NCBI RefSeq assembly: GCF_009914755.1
Contig: NC_060937.1
Length of the DNA stretch: 64,000 bases
Strand: one strand, 5' to 3'
DNA from: the human T2T-CHM13v2.0 reference genome, Homo sapiens
Positions 32,147-49,978 of the stretch are shown piece by piece. Below the pieces are notes generated by a model. The model ran no database searches, was not told the DNA's origin, and was given only the letters and a program-made list of their open reading frames with translations. Within the stretch, counting starts at the first letter, position 1. Every line of letters starts with the position of its first letter. Made by a program: the position numbers and the translations under genes.

Positions 32147-34180
32147 AAACAAAATAAAATAAAAAAAAAAAGAAATATTATTCAGCCTTAAAAAAGAAAT
32201 TCTGTCATTTGTGACATGGATGGAATTGGAGAATATTATGCTAAGTTATGCCAAGTGAAATAAGCATCAGATCCAGAAAGACAAATGTTGCATATCCTCT
32301 CACTTTTATGTGGAATCTAAAACCATCAAACACATAGAGGCAGAGAGTAGAATGGTGGTTTCCTGAGGCTGGGTGGGGAGATGGTGAGATGATGGTCAAA
32401 GGGTACAAAGCCTCAGACAGGGGGAATAAGGTTTTTTTTTGGAGATCTATTATACAATGTAGTGATTATAGTTAATAATAATGTGTTGTACATTTCAAAA
32501 TTGCTAAGATAGTAAATTTCAAATGTTCCCACCACAAAAAAAGGATGTACATTAATTAGCTTGATTTAATTATGCCGCATTGTATTCATAAATCATAATA
32601 TCACTTTGTATCCTAAACATATGCAACTATAATTTGTCAATTTACAAAAAATTAGAAGGACCTACTGAATACTCAACAAAATGCATGAAAAAGAACTACA
32701 TTAAGGCCTAGAATTATAATATTTCAAAACACTGTGGAGAAAAAGCTTCCAAAAGGGGGTGGAAACAACATGCGAAGAGTCAAGATTCAGAATTGGACTC
32801 CTTCACAGAAGTATGGAGTGCCAAAGACAATACAGGAATGTTTCCAGAATTCTGAGGAAAAATTTCCATTTTGAATGACTATAATCCTTTCTCTACCTAA
32901 CTATAAAACAAATGTGAGGGTAGAATCAATTTTTTTTTCACATGCAAGGAATCAAAAAGTTTCTTTCTCATATTTTTAGAAAGTTAATAGAGGAATGTGC
33001 TTTACTAACATGGGGGTATAAATAAGGAAATGGAGATAGAGGATGGAGCAAGCTGTATCACAGGCCAGAGAGCAAGCAGAAAGACATGAGCTGACTGAGA
33101 TGTCTCCAGCAAAAATGAAGAAATGCAGAATCTGTGTTTAAACACAGTAAGGGATAATTATACTCTTGAGAGCCTGAACATGAGTAAGTAACAGATCCAT
33201 AGTAAAGTCAAGCAAACAAAAACCCCAAACATTTATTACCTTCGGGAAAACAAAAAGTAGTACAAGAAAGGTAATATAATCATGCTGCACTCAAATGTGA
33301 ATTATTTTCACACAGCTATGACTATCAATACTGACAAAAAATAATTATTTTAAAACTGTATTTGGAGTTTACGTGTGGAGGGTATACAGAACTTTAAGAG
33401 AACTTTAGTTCTTAGCATCGATTTCCTCTTTTGGAAATTAATATCTAAAACTGAACAACTGAGAAATAGCTATGCAGACCCATTATTTTGAACACAAATG
33501 CAAATACCACAAAGAAATAGCAAAAAACAGTTGAAAGTGGCCACAGCTATGGAGTGGAAATTGGGGCAAGGAATTACTATTCTAAGCCTATCAAACTAAC
33601 TATTTAATATATAAAATTATAACACTGATTAAAAATAAAAAGTATTCATTGAAGCAAAGTTCATTTCAAAGAAAAAAACATATATATATTATTATTGAGA
33701 CAGGGTCTCGTTCTATCACCCAGGCTGGAGTGCAGTGGTGCAATCAAGTGCTCACTGCAGCCTTGACCTCAGGGCTCAAGCTATCCTCCTGCCTCAGCCT
33801 CCTGAGTAGCTGGGACTATGGGCATGTGCCACCACGCCTAGCTAATAATTTGCTTTTTTTTTTTTTTTAGATGGAGTCTTGCCTGCAATCTCCACCTCCC
33901 GGGTTCAAGTGATTCTTCTGCCTCACTGCCCTGAGTAGCTAGGATTACAGGTGCCCACCACCATGCCCAGTTAATTTTTGTATTTTTTTTTGTAGTGATA
34001 GGGTTCTGCCATGTTGCCCAGGCTTGTCTTGAACTCCTGGGCCCAAATGATCTGCCCAACTCAGCCTCCCAAAGAGCTAGGATTATAGGTGTGAACCACT
34101 ACACCTGGCCCAAGTATTTTAACTTCCATAAATGGAAAGAATTTAGGTCAAGTACAGCTCTGAAGATGAAGCTATATACA

Positions 34181-34791
34181 TAGTTGGTTCTCCATATCCA
34201 TGGGTTCCACATTCGCAAATTCAACCAATCATGGACTGAAAATATTAAAAAATAAACAGTAGAAAACCACAATAAAAAATAATACAAATAAAATATACAA
34301 GCAGAGTGCGGTGGCTCATGCCTGTAATCTCAGCACTTTGGGAGGCTGAGGTGGGAGGATCACGTGAGCTCAGGATTTTGGGACCAGCCTGGCAATGTGG
34401 CAAACTCTGTCTCTACAAAAAAATACACAAATTAGCTGGGCGTGATGGCATGCACCTGTAGTCCCAGCTACTCAGCAGGCTGAGGTGGGAGGATCGCCTA
34501 AGGCCAGAAGGCAGAGGCTGCAGTGAGCCATGTTCACTCCAGCCTGAGTGACATGAGACCCTGTCTCCAAAACACTAACAACAAAAAACAAACACATACT
34601 ATTTACATAGCACTTACCTTGTATGAGGTATAAGTAACCTAGAGATGATTTAAAGTATATGAGAGTATGTGCATAGGTTATATGCAAAGAGTACACCATT
34701 TTATAGCAAAGACTTGAGCATCTGTACAGATTTTGGTATCTGTGGGTGATGTTCCTAGAATTCATTTACTGTGGATACCAAGAGACAACTG
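34181..34791 (-). mobile_element. MER2-type Tigger MITE with an Alu inserted at about 34300-34590
   Basis: Ends gtggataccaagagacaactg|ta; internal ctagagatgatttaaagtata...ggttatatgcaaa. Confidence 0.75.
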
Positions 34792-34936
34792 TATATATAT
34801 GTATCTGAATTTGAAGGCCAAATTTACATTACTTAAAACTTTTTAATCTATTTTTGTTTTTAACATACCCATTTAATTTATATTAATATTTGAATATATA
34901 TACTTAACATACCTATACTCAACTCTGCAGTTCTGA

Positions 34937-35317
<381 letters not shown>

Positions 35318-35914
35318 TGATTTCGATTTCTTGAAAGTTCTGAGAAAAATTTCAATGAATCCTTAAGAAAAAATAGTCAAATGTCAAAGGTGACATTTGG
35401 AAATAAGGCATAGATATACAACTTGGTTTCTGTAACTTATATTGTTCTTTAGTCTTGATTTAAAGTGCAGGAACAAAGATGTTTAAATAAAAACCACTGA
35501 TGACGTATTATTGTGGTGAAGGGTATACTGCTCATTAAGCTGATACATGTATACTTGGTGGTTCTCCTTTAGAGGCACCAAATAAACATAATGTACCCTA
35601 AAGAAAAATGTGAGCAGTTAAAATTTTAAGTGAGGTGAATCTTGTTTTTTCCCTAATAAAATTAAAACAAAAAACAAACCGAGACAGGTTTCACCATTGT
35701 TGCCCATGCTGGTTTCAAATTCCTGGACTCAAGCAATCCACCTGCCTCAGCCTCCCAAAGTGCTAGGATGACCACTGTAAGCCACCATCCCCAGCCACTA
35801 AGTGAGGTCAATCTTATGTCAATTAACACAAAATAAATAAAAGGCTTGCATGTAACATTAACACTAAAAAAAGAAAAAAACCCCATTAATGTTCTTTAAC
35901 TTAACCCCACAAGA

Positions 35915-36497
35915 ACTGCTGTCTAATACAACAGCCCCTCAGCACATGAGGATACTGAGCACTTGAAATGTGGCTAGTCTGAATTGAGATGTGCTGTAAA
36001 TTTGAATATATAGTACAAAGAAAATAATGTAAAATAGTTCAACTTTTTTCATACTGATTGCATGGTGATATGACAATATCTTGGAAATATATTGGATAAC
36101 AAGTAAATCTGATCAGCTTTTTACTTTTTTTAAGAGACAGGATTTACCCTGTTGCCCAGGCTAAAGTACAGTGGTGCAATCATAGCTCACTGCAGCCTAA
36201 ACTGGGCTTATGAGATCCTCCTGCCTCAGTATCCTGAGTGGCTGGGACTACAGGCGTGCACACCACCACACCAAGCTAATTAAAAAAATTTTTTTTTCTG
36301 GAGACAGGGTCTTGCTATGTTTTCCAGGGTGGTCTTTAACTCCCGGCCTCAAGTGATCCTCCCCACCTTGGCCTCCCAAAGAACTGGGATTACAGGCATG
36401 AGCCATCTTTTTACTTTTTAAATGTGGCTAATAGAAAATTTGAAATTACATATATGCCTTGCCTCTTGTCTCATATTTCTATTAAACAATGCTGCCC
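35915..36497 (+). mobile_element. MER33/MER3-like hAT element with an inserted Alu
   Basis: tactgagcacttgaaatgtggctagtctgaattgagatgtgctgtaa...ttttacttttta aatgtggctaatagaaaatttgaaattacatatatg. Confidence 0.65.
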
Positions 36498-37069
36498 TAG
36501 AACAATCCTGACAGGGAAGCTTCATGATTTTTAAGTTATCAATCCTAACCTTTTATATTTCAACAAAAATGAAAGATCCTCAACAACGAAAAATAGTATT
36601 CTCAATTTCTAAATTCTTCCTTTCAAACCACAAAGAACCTGCATCTCTGACCCTAGTTCTGGAGCCAATAGCTGACTGAAAAATAGCTAATGCAGACAGA
36701 GGGCTTTACTTCTAGAGTCGTTTCTTAAATTAGATTTTCTGATTTCGAAGTCTATTAACTATGAGTTTATTTTATTTTTCAACATAATAAAAACACATAT
36801 CTAAATTTGACAACTAATGTAGACTACTTAAAATGTTTTAATCTAGAAAAACAAGATTTTAAAAAGTCTGAATGATAATTCTGAAAATACATTTTTTAAA
36901 GTAGTATTTTGGGGGTTATATGGCATATATTTCTAGGAAGACAACAGGTCTTTGAAAACAGATGCACAAAAATTGTAGAGAGTATAAAAATGGACACATA
37001 CTGGCATAATCATGCAGATACCCAACATGAACAGGATTCACACAGAACCCATGACTAAGTATTAGTTCT

Positions 37070-37800
37070 TTCAACAGTATTTACTGGGTACCTACTATGT
37101 GCTGGGCATGATATTAGATAGTGGGATATACTAATAAGTAAAATTAAATGTGACTCTTGCTCTCATGGAGAAAGATTATGCTTTAATCGAGAAAAAGAAA
37201 CATTAAGTAATTACACAAATATAAGAAAAAACTACAAATGTCATAGGTGCTATGAATACAGCACATGGCACTGCAACAGGATATAATTAGGGGCACCCGA
37301 GCTAATTATATTATCTTTAGAGAGTGAGGGCAGGCTACCCTAAGGAAGATCTGAAGGAGAAGGTGAGAAGGGGCGTGGTTAGAAAAGAAAAGAGTCCGCA
37401 TGTGGAGACACAGGTGGGGCCAGACTAAAGACCATGGGAAGCCCATGAAGGAATATAAGCAGAAGAGGTGCATATGATTGATCACACTTAAGTTTGCAAA
37501 GACCTTGTGGGCTACAGCATGGTAGTATGGAGAAGGATGGTGTTCTGGATGGCGGTGGTAGAGATGGAGAGAAATGGAGGAACACAAAAGCTAAAATCAA
37601 CAGGCCCTGTCATGGATTGGATATATGCATGTGGAGAATGTCAGGGCTGATGTCAGGGTTTCAGCTTCTGTACGACAGTGCTAGCCACCTGTATCTCCAG
37701 TATATTTCAAAAGAGAGCTCAGGAGTATCAAATGCTGCTGATGGGTTAAGTGTGACAAGTGGTCATTTAACATGACCACTGGCTTCAATGACATAGAGGT
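37070..37800 (-). mobile_element. L2 fragment
   Basis: ttcaacagtatttactgggtacctactatgtgctgggca is a typical L2 3' end in reverse orientation. Confidence 0.55.
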
Positions 37801-37841
37801 GGCTAGATGTTAAGATGAAGTAGACTGGGTGCAGTGGCTCA

Positions 37842-38227
<386 letters not shown>

Positions 38228-38762
38228 CTAGAGCTGGAAGGGCACAGCAGGGTCAATGGAAAGGGTTCTGGGAAAGATGTGATGGAAGGGAAAAGGCTGA
38301 ATACACAAGAGATGAAATACATGGACAGGATTAGGTTTTGACAAGGTGGAAGGAGATGTAGAGGTCAAAAGATCGGTCTTAGGAAAGACACCTTATCTTC
38401 CGTAGAAGGAAGAAAAGAGAAAATGGGTGCCCTATTCTGTTTTGATGTTTCTGAGCTTTTTCTTTTTTCTTCAAAGGAAAAAAAAGGAAGTCTAAGGAAA
38501 AAAAATGTTTTCAGGCCACTCAATTTCTACTGTCTACAATTAAGGTGAACACACATAACTTTATACCATATTGTTGGGTTTGTGTATTTTCAAAATAAGA
38601 TCCAACTCAGGAAAAGTATAAAGGCAAGATCAAGTTTACATACATTATTGTCAATTTTGTTTAAATCTACATGTTCATTATAAATATACAGGGCTGTTTC
38701 TCATTACCTAGAAGATGGCTGGGTCATAAGACAGACTGGATACATTCCAGTCAGAAACCTAC

Positions 38763-38914
38763 CATCGTTCAACGTGTAGAGATGAAAACGTCCGTGAAGC
38801 TGCTTCTCGAGTAAATAATTTGAACCCACACTGTGTGTCCCTGATTCCTTTGACACAAAGGAACCACACCAGAAAGTGGAACCCATACATGAGAAGAGTA
38901 CGGAAGTAAGAACG
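38763..38914 (-). CDS. ALG5: ALG5 coding exon (exon 8, 152 nt)
   Basis: tttcag|CGTTCT...CGATG|gtaggt; translates RSYFRTLLMYGFHFLVWFLCVKGIRDTQCGFKLFTREAASRTFSSLHVERW (DTQCGFK motif). Overlaps track ORF 38759..38950. Confidence 0.97.
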
Positions 38915-40209
38915 CTGAAAACAAAGACAAAATATAAATGACTTTTCCATTCATCTGTAAAGGAGACACTGAAAACACCTGGCTGTAGACAACTGTATTT
39001 TAATATTTAATTGACTGGTAGATCTTACATAAGAACACCACTGTTCCATGAGCTTCACCAACAAAGTATATTAAAGAAACAGCAAGAATGCCTACTGCTT
39101 GGAGCAGAGTAGAGGCACTAGGAAGCAGTTACTCATTTCCTGGAGGTTGAGTCAGACAAGCGGCCAGGGCTTTAGCCTACCAGGAGAAACAGGTTTGGGG
39201 CTGCTGCTGTGAGCAAGGAGAACGTCTTGTTTACTTACATATTTTATGCTGCTTTGCCCCACATATATTTCAGTTTCAAAAAAGCTGTCAGTTTCCAGGA
39301 TGTATTGACAAAACAAAGCACAGATATAAGCCTGCAGTTGATACTTAACTAATGAGAATATTGACAGAAGATGTATAGCAGAGTATCATGAAGGTTATGG
39401 ACTAGAAAGGAGTTTGAAACAAACACCTGGTCTTTCTAAGCATGCCAGAGATCTAATTAAATACATTTAAAATATTGAGTTCTTTAATACTTTGGATATT
39501 AAGATTAAGTAGGTTTTAATCCCATCTGAAGTTTCACTACTGTTACTGATGATTAATTTTATTAGTAGTAACAGAATATTCCATTATTCATAAAACATAG
39601 CACATTTTAAAACATAAGAACATAAGATTATTATCACTGGATTCCAGACTTTCACATTTAAGATTTAGTAAAAGATAGGATCTTTCTAAAAAATAAAATA
39701 ACAAAATTTTTTTTAGAGACAGAGACGCCTTCTGTTGTCCAGGCTAGAGTCCAGTGGTGTGGTCATGGTTCACTGCAGCCTCAAATTCCTGGGATCAAGT
39801 GATCCTTCTGCCTCAACCTACAGAGCAGCTGGGATCACAGGCGTGTGCCACTATACCCAGCTTCTTTAAGACACGATCTTTTAAAATGTTCCTTAGTTAA
39901 GGCAATAGACTCAAGTAATGATGCGTTACTTACATACATAAGCAACCTATTAAGAGTCTATTAGAACATTTAATATCTCATACTATGGGATAAAGGTCCC
40001 TTCCTCCTTTTGGCTTTTGCTTTTCAAAATTATAATTTTTAGTATCGTTCTTCCTTTGCATGGCTTTTTCCATCAACACCAAACAGAACCACAGTGGAAC
40101 AGAGTAACAAAGAAAAAGCACCAAATCAGGCGAGGTGCGGTGGCTCACACCTGTAATCCCAGCACTCTGGGAGGCCGAGGCAGGTGGATTGCTTGAGGTC
40201 AGGGGTTCA

Positions 40210-40488
<279 letters not shown>

Positions 40489-42787
40489 TTACTAATTAGC
40501 AGGGTGACCTTCAACAAGTTACTTCAGCCCTCTAAGTCCATTTCCTGATAAAATGAGAATAATGCCTACCTCACAAAGTTATTATAAGGATTAAATGAGA
40601 TTATTTTAAAGAATATAGCGAAGTGTTTGGCACAGAAAATAACAGGAACTCAATAATGTTCTTCATACAGGAAGAAAGCTTGAAAGCTTACTTTACTCTC
40701 CTGACCACAATTTTACTTATGTATTAAATAGGGCAGGAAGGAAAGGAAGAATAAAATACTTATCTATATGGTATGTAAAACAAACTTTTAAAAATGATCT
40801 AGCACTTCTCATTTATCATCTAGAATCATTAGTTATGGGTTGATGTAAATATGTCTTACCTCTCTAAGTAGATAGGGCAGAAACCTCATCTTAAAATACT
40901 TTAGGAATCTCACAACAGCTTGCTCAGTGCCTTCCATACAAAATACTTCCAATAAATACTGGTTGACTGATTAAACCTCCAAAAGAGCACTTATGCTTAG
41001 GAAAGGAACAAATAGAAATTGAAAGATAGAAAAATAAAAATTAAAGGTAGAAAAACAATACCTATAAATTATTCTCCTTGAGTGATTTTTAATGTGATTT
41101 GAGTGAGCTTATTTGTTCGCAAATAAAACTATTCATGACTGCTCTGGCTTGGATGTTAATAACAGGATTTTTGTTTGCTTTAGGATAATGGCTATTTTTT
41201 AAAAAGCAGAAAAATGTAGAGTTCACATGAAGACCTTAAGTTATTTGATTTCTAACATATTTAAAAGCTTAACAAGGTTAGTCACAAACAAGATAATCTT
41301 GTTTTTGTTTTTAGAACTTTGCAAAATATCTTAAAATTTAGAAGATACCTAAAATATAGGATAGACTTATTTAGTTAAGTGAAGCTACTAAAAGAGAGAA
41401 GGCTTATATGATCTTCTGAAATGGCCATTTAAAACATTAAGGAAAACAATTTTCACTGTTTCAGTGTTAACGCTAGTATCTTCAATGTTTATAAAATGTA
41501 AACAAGAAATTAATTCAGGTGAAATTTAAAGGTGACTTCTAATTTCATTAACTTAAAATAAGAAGTTCAAAGAAGTCCCAGGACTTAAGCAAAGACTCTT
41601 TAAACAAAAACTAAAAACATTAAGTAACCACTAATGGATTCTATTTTTGAATCCTTTTAAAATGATAAATTCAAGAATAGCCAGACCATATATAAACATT
41701 ACCGTTATACAGAACACATGGGAATGTAAGCACTTTTAAGGATGATACAAGACTCTATCAGGGCAGTGTCATGTTTGTCTTCCAAGGGAGCAGTAAAAGA
41801 GGTGGTAGAATAATTGAGAAATGTAGAAAAATATCAAGGAAAGATGTTTCTGAACATTAGGCAATAAGCTACCGAAGTTGTCATTTGCTATCTTGATTAG
41901 TTCTTTTATAATTTTCTCATTGTCCACAGATTGATCACCATGCAGGGGTTTATTACTGACAGCACACGAAGGGAAATGGAAAGCCATGCTGCAGTTTTCT
42001 AGACATGAGGCGGATGCATGTCTTGTGCCTTCTTGGAGACAACCTTTTGTGAGACAGCTATGATTCTATAAGAATAAGCTGGACTTGAACAAGCCTACTG
42101 AGCAGTAGTTGTCATAGCATCTGCAGCGGACAACCAATGATCTCTAGTGAGTATCAAAGGTTATCCCTTCTTTCTATAGAATGGCAGCCAATTCTGTGGG
42201 AATCAAGAGCACTAAACCAAACACTTGGTTTTAGAGCTGAAAGAATGGATGGATGGAGACAAGATGAATTATAAATATGTGGTTCCTGCGATTGATCCCT
42301 TGATACCTGGCTAAGAGCAGTACTAGGTAAAAGATTTAGACCATAGCATAAGTCTCATTTAAATACTAGTGTATTTCTAGGAAAAATTCAGAGTTTTCAA
42401 CCAATGCAAGTTCTAAGTGAAAAGAATTTACACCATGAAAAACAAAACCAAAACACATGGCTCCTTTCTACAGCCACCACCAACAAATACAAGAACTATC
42501 TCTTGCCTATATTACTCACTGGCTCCTAAGTCTGTATTTGGCTATTTTTCCAAACTATCTTTTTTCCTTCACCAAGTAGATTATCCTTTCTCATCTCATT
42601 AATATATTTAAAAAAAAAAAGAAAGAAAAAAAGTACTTAAAAAACCATTAAATTAGTATTGATCTATTTTCATTAGCTGTTTTAGTGTGCAAAAACAAAT
42701 TTTTATTTATTTTATTTATTTATTTATTTATTTTTTTGAGGAGGAGGTGTCTTACTCTGTCGCCCAGGCTGGAGTGCAGTGGCCTGA

Positions 42788-43117
<330 letters not shown>

Positions 43118-43481
43118 TAGTCTCCATTATCATCAGCTTTACTGGCTGCACATTTCATCTAGGGCTATAGCTGTATTTCCTATTGTGGGAATTTAGTATT
43201 TAATAGTTTCTACTACAATTTTATATATATACTATTTTATAATTATACATATATATACTATTTTATAATTATACACATATATATATAAAATGTGCTGAAG
43301 ATCTTAGACACATACTTTTCCTTTTCTTATCCCCCGTGCGTTGTTAAACTGATGAAGCAGGATTAATTCTAAGCTCTCTTCCCATTTTAAATATCTAGGA
43401 GTGTGCTATTCTCTATGGTTAACAGATTAACCTTTTTCAAACATCAGTGAGAATCTCTAGGATACATAGAATACTAGACTA

Positions 43482-43932
<451 letters not shown>

Positions 43933-45168
43933 CTACTAAAACTACAAAAATTAGCCAGGCATGATGGCGTGTACCTGTAATCTCAGCTTCTTGGGAGACT
44001 GAGGCAGAAGAATTGCTTGAACCCGGGAGGCAGAGGTTGCAGTGAGCCAAGATTGCGCCACTGCACTGCATCCTGGGTGACAGAGCGAGACTCTGTCTCA
44101 AAAATAAATAAACAAAAAATAAAAAGAGAGTCTGGGTTTTTGTACTTCAATATAATCCTTAAAAGGTTTTTGTCACTCTGTCATCAATATACCTTTTTTA
44201 AAAATTAAAATTTCTACATATCTCTCTTCCGAATCATTGGGGGAAAGGTTCAACCTTTTATTCTACTGGTTCTCAAAGCCTCATGTGCGTAAGAGGGACC
44301 TGGGAAATTGTTACTCTAGTTTTTCTAGCATAACCTACAAAATGAAGAATTGAACATCTTTAGTGACATTTTTACACCCTAAAAGGGCAGTTGCAAACTT
44401 GTGAAATTTTAAGGTATAGTGATAGTGTTTTTCTAAGAGGAATGAGGTTAAAAAAAAATTTTTAACTGAATAAAATTCAAAATAAAGCACTTAACTGTGC
44501 CAATGTTAGAAAAAAATAAAGGCAAGTTGATTGGTTAAAAAATGCATCATTTAGGCTGGGCGCAGTGGCTCACACCTTTAATCCTAGTACTTTGGGAGGC
44601 TGAGGCAGGCGGATTACCTGAGCTCAGGAGTTCAAGACCAGGCTGGGCAACACAGTGAAACCCTGTCTCTACCAAAATACAAAATCATAGCCAGGTGTGG
44701 CGGTGTGCGCCTGTAGTCCCAGCTACTTGTGAGGCTGAGGCAGGAGAACTGCTTGAACCCAGGAAGTGGAGGTTGCCCAGTGAGCCAAGATCGCACCACT
44801 GCACTCCAGCCTGGGCAACAGAGGGAGACTCCGTCTCCAAAAAAAAAAAAAAAAAAAAAAAAGCGTAATTTAAAGTTTGTTTTATTACTGAACAGATTCT
44901 CTTTATCTTAAAAATATATTAAAAAGAACTGCTTCCATCCTAAGGCAAAGCGAAGTCCACATCTTCTTGTATATGCTTAAAAAAAAATCAATTCTAAAAT
45001 GTGCCAATCCTTCATAACCTTTCCACAATTAAAACATTAATTTCTTTTGAAAGGAACCTCATGTTTAAGAGATTAGACATAAAAGCCAGTTTCTTGCCAG
45101 ATATATATATAAAAAAAGAAATAAAAGCCAATTAATTGGCTGTCCCATGCCAATTAATGAAGTCTCAC

Positions 45169-45228
45169 CTGAGCAATTGATTCTTTTTCTAAATGAGCTC
45201 GAGATCCACATGCTATAGCCATTTGATT
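45169..45228 (-). CDS. ALG5: ALG5 coding exon (exon 7, 60 nt, phase 0-0)
   Basis: ctcag|AATCAA...GCTCAG|gtgaga; translates NQMAIACGSRAHLEKESIAQ (GSR motif). Confidence 0.96.
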
Positions 45229-45519
45229 CTGAGGGAAAAAGCAGAGATAGTTTTTCAATATTTAAATATCACTAATAAAAATATTTATTTTCAATGAGAA
45301 TATCTCATTTTTAGAAACTGATTTTAAAAAAGTTGACATTAAAAATCTTTTAAAGGTTTATTGAAAAGTTCAGAATATGTACAACTTTGAGAAGCCTAAT
45401 CATACTAAGAGGACACTAAATTTTGCTTAAATAGAGCTAAATATAAGGGGCATGCGTTATGTTAAAATTCGTAACTTTAAATGATATTTTCTGTGTGAAA
45501 ACACTATATTATTTGAGAG

Positions 45520-47540
<2,021 letters not shown>

Positions 47541-48191
47541 AAATAAATTTAAAAGTGCTCATTATAAAAAATTTGCAAGTATATAAATTTACATATATAA
47601 ATGATAATTAAAGAGAAAACTCATGAATTATCTTACTACCTAAAAGCAGCCACTGTTTTAAACTGTGTATATTTCTTTGTATTCTTTTTTTCTCTACATT
47701 ACAAAAAAACATAGCTCAAATTTACTCATGTATGTCATGTTCTTTTTCAACAAAAATTTATTCATGTTAAAGTTTACTGTTTTTATACTTTTTATTATGG
47801 GTATTTTCAAACATACGCAAAACTAGAAACAAGGGGAAAATGAAGCACCACATACCTACTACCTAGCTTCAATAATTAGCAACACATTGCCAATCTTGTT
47901 CTATGTAAAGCCCCCCCCCCACCATCCCACCCAACCTGGGATTATTTTGAAAAAAATTCTAGATATCATATGTTACAAATTCATATAATGTCAATCATAG
48001 TACCACTATGACACCTAAAACACCAATAATTCCTTAATACCATCAGACATACATATTTCAAATTTGCCCAATTCTCTCTTAAATGTTTTCAGTTTGTTTG
48101 AATGAATGGCCAAATAAAATCCATACAGGGCCAGGCGCAGTGGCTCACGCCTGTAATCCCAGCACTTTGGGTGGCCGAGGCAGGCACATCA

Positions 48192-48488
<297 letters not shown>

Positions 48489-49518
48489 TTAAATTTTTTT
48501 CTTGTAACCTGAAGAAACCACATTGTTTGCTCTACAGTTTCCTAGGTTTTAGATGTTGCTGATTGCACCCCCATGGTGACATTTAACATGTTCTCCTGTC
48601 CCCTGTACTTCCTCTAAACTGGTAGTTAGATTCAGAGGCTTGATAAGATTCAAGTTTGACTACCTTTCAAGAATTTGTCATAATAGTGCTGCATGGTAGT
48701 TTTTCTTTTTCTTGTCAATTGTAAGGGCTATACAATATTTTAATGTACAGATTTACCATTACTTTGACTATTTGCCTATTTGTTGTCCTTTCTAATTTTA
48801 TGTTATAGAAAGGCAACTGAAAGAACATCTTTGAATATAAAACTCTTATCTGTATTTTAGATTTCCTTCTTTGGAGTCATAGATGTAGAATACTAAGTTA
48901 AAAGTCTGAATGTTTTTTAATGCATATGGGCCAAATTTTCCTTTAAAAGGTTCTTTACCTGTAATCCAAGTACTTTGGGAGGCCGAAGTGGGCACATCAC
49001 TTGAGACCAGGCGTTTGAGACCAACCTTGGCAACATAGTGAAACCCCATCTCTATTAAAAATACAAAAATTGGCCAGGCATGGTAGCGTGCCCCTGTAGT
49101 CCCAGCTACTCGGGAGGCCAAGGCAGGAACCACTGCACTCCAGCCTGGGCAACAGAGCAGTAACTTGTCTCAAAAAAAAAAAAACAAAACAAAACATGTT
49201 ACTTACATTCCCATTAACTGGTATGATATTGACTATTAAATCAAATTCTTGTCAGTTCTGGTTATTCTATCTTTATTATTAATAAAAAAATAAAACGTTT
49301 GGGGGATGTTTTAGCTATCCATATTTTCTTTAAAGAATTTTCTAGGCTGGGCACGGTAGCTTATGCCTGTAATCCTAGCACTTTGGGAGGCTGAGGTGGG
49401 CAGATCACCTGAGGTCAGGAGTTCAAGACCCGTCTGGCCAACATGGTGAAACCATTTCTACTAAAAATACAAAAACTAGCCAGGAGTGGTGGTGCATGCC
49501 TGTAATCCCAGCTACTCA

Positions 49519-49978
<460 letters not shown>

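Larger units (their letters stand above)
29815..32171 (+). mobile_element. HERV-W (HERV17/LTR17) processed pseudogene: R-partial U5 / pol RNaseH-integrase / deleted env / U3-R / poly(A)
   Basis: The R sequence ggcaacc(t/c)cctttgggtcccctccc occurs at both ends. There is no 5' U3 and no 3' U5. ATTAAA at 32129-32134 is followed by an A-tail. 18-bp TSD gaaatattattcagcctt at 29797-29814 and 32172-32189. Confidence 0.95.
28921..32650 (+). mobile_element. L1MA-type 3' fragment (end of ORF2 plus 3' UTR) split by the HERV-W retrocopy
   Basis: L1 ORF2-like peptides (ORFs 29335..29553 and 29696..). The sequence resumes across the TSD with aaaaagaaattctgtcatttgtgacatggatgga. Confidence 0.8.
28450..33650 (+). 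mobile_element. Very old L1ME/HAL1-like ORF1 region interrupted by the L1MA fragment
   Basis: A-rich ORF1-like text (aaaattgaggaaatctc...catttctcagaactaaaggacatg) continues after 32650 (gaaggacctactgaatactc...ttccagaattctgaggaaaaa). Boundaries are uncertain. Confidence 0.5.

Noticed and set aside
29815-32171. Intact provirus or functional syncytin gene
   Set aside because: There is no 5' U3, PBS, gag or RT. The integrase has stops and frameshifts, and env lacks the receptor motif, fusion peptide and TM anchor.
39239-39331. Possible cryptic ALG5 exon upstream of exon 8 (minus-strand donor GTAAGT at 39238-39233)
   Set aside because: The matching acceptor has almost no polypyrimidine tract, and such donor matches are frequent by chance.
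43217-43290. AT-rich duplicated unit tatatatactattttataattataca
   Set aside because: Ordinary low-complexity slippage.
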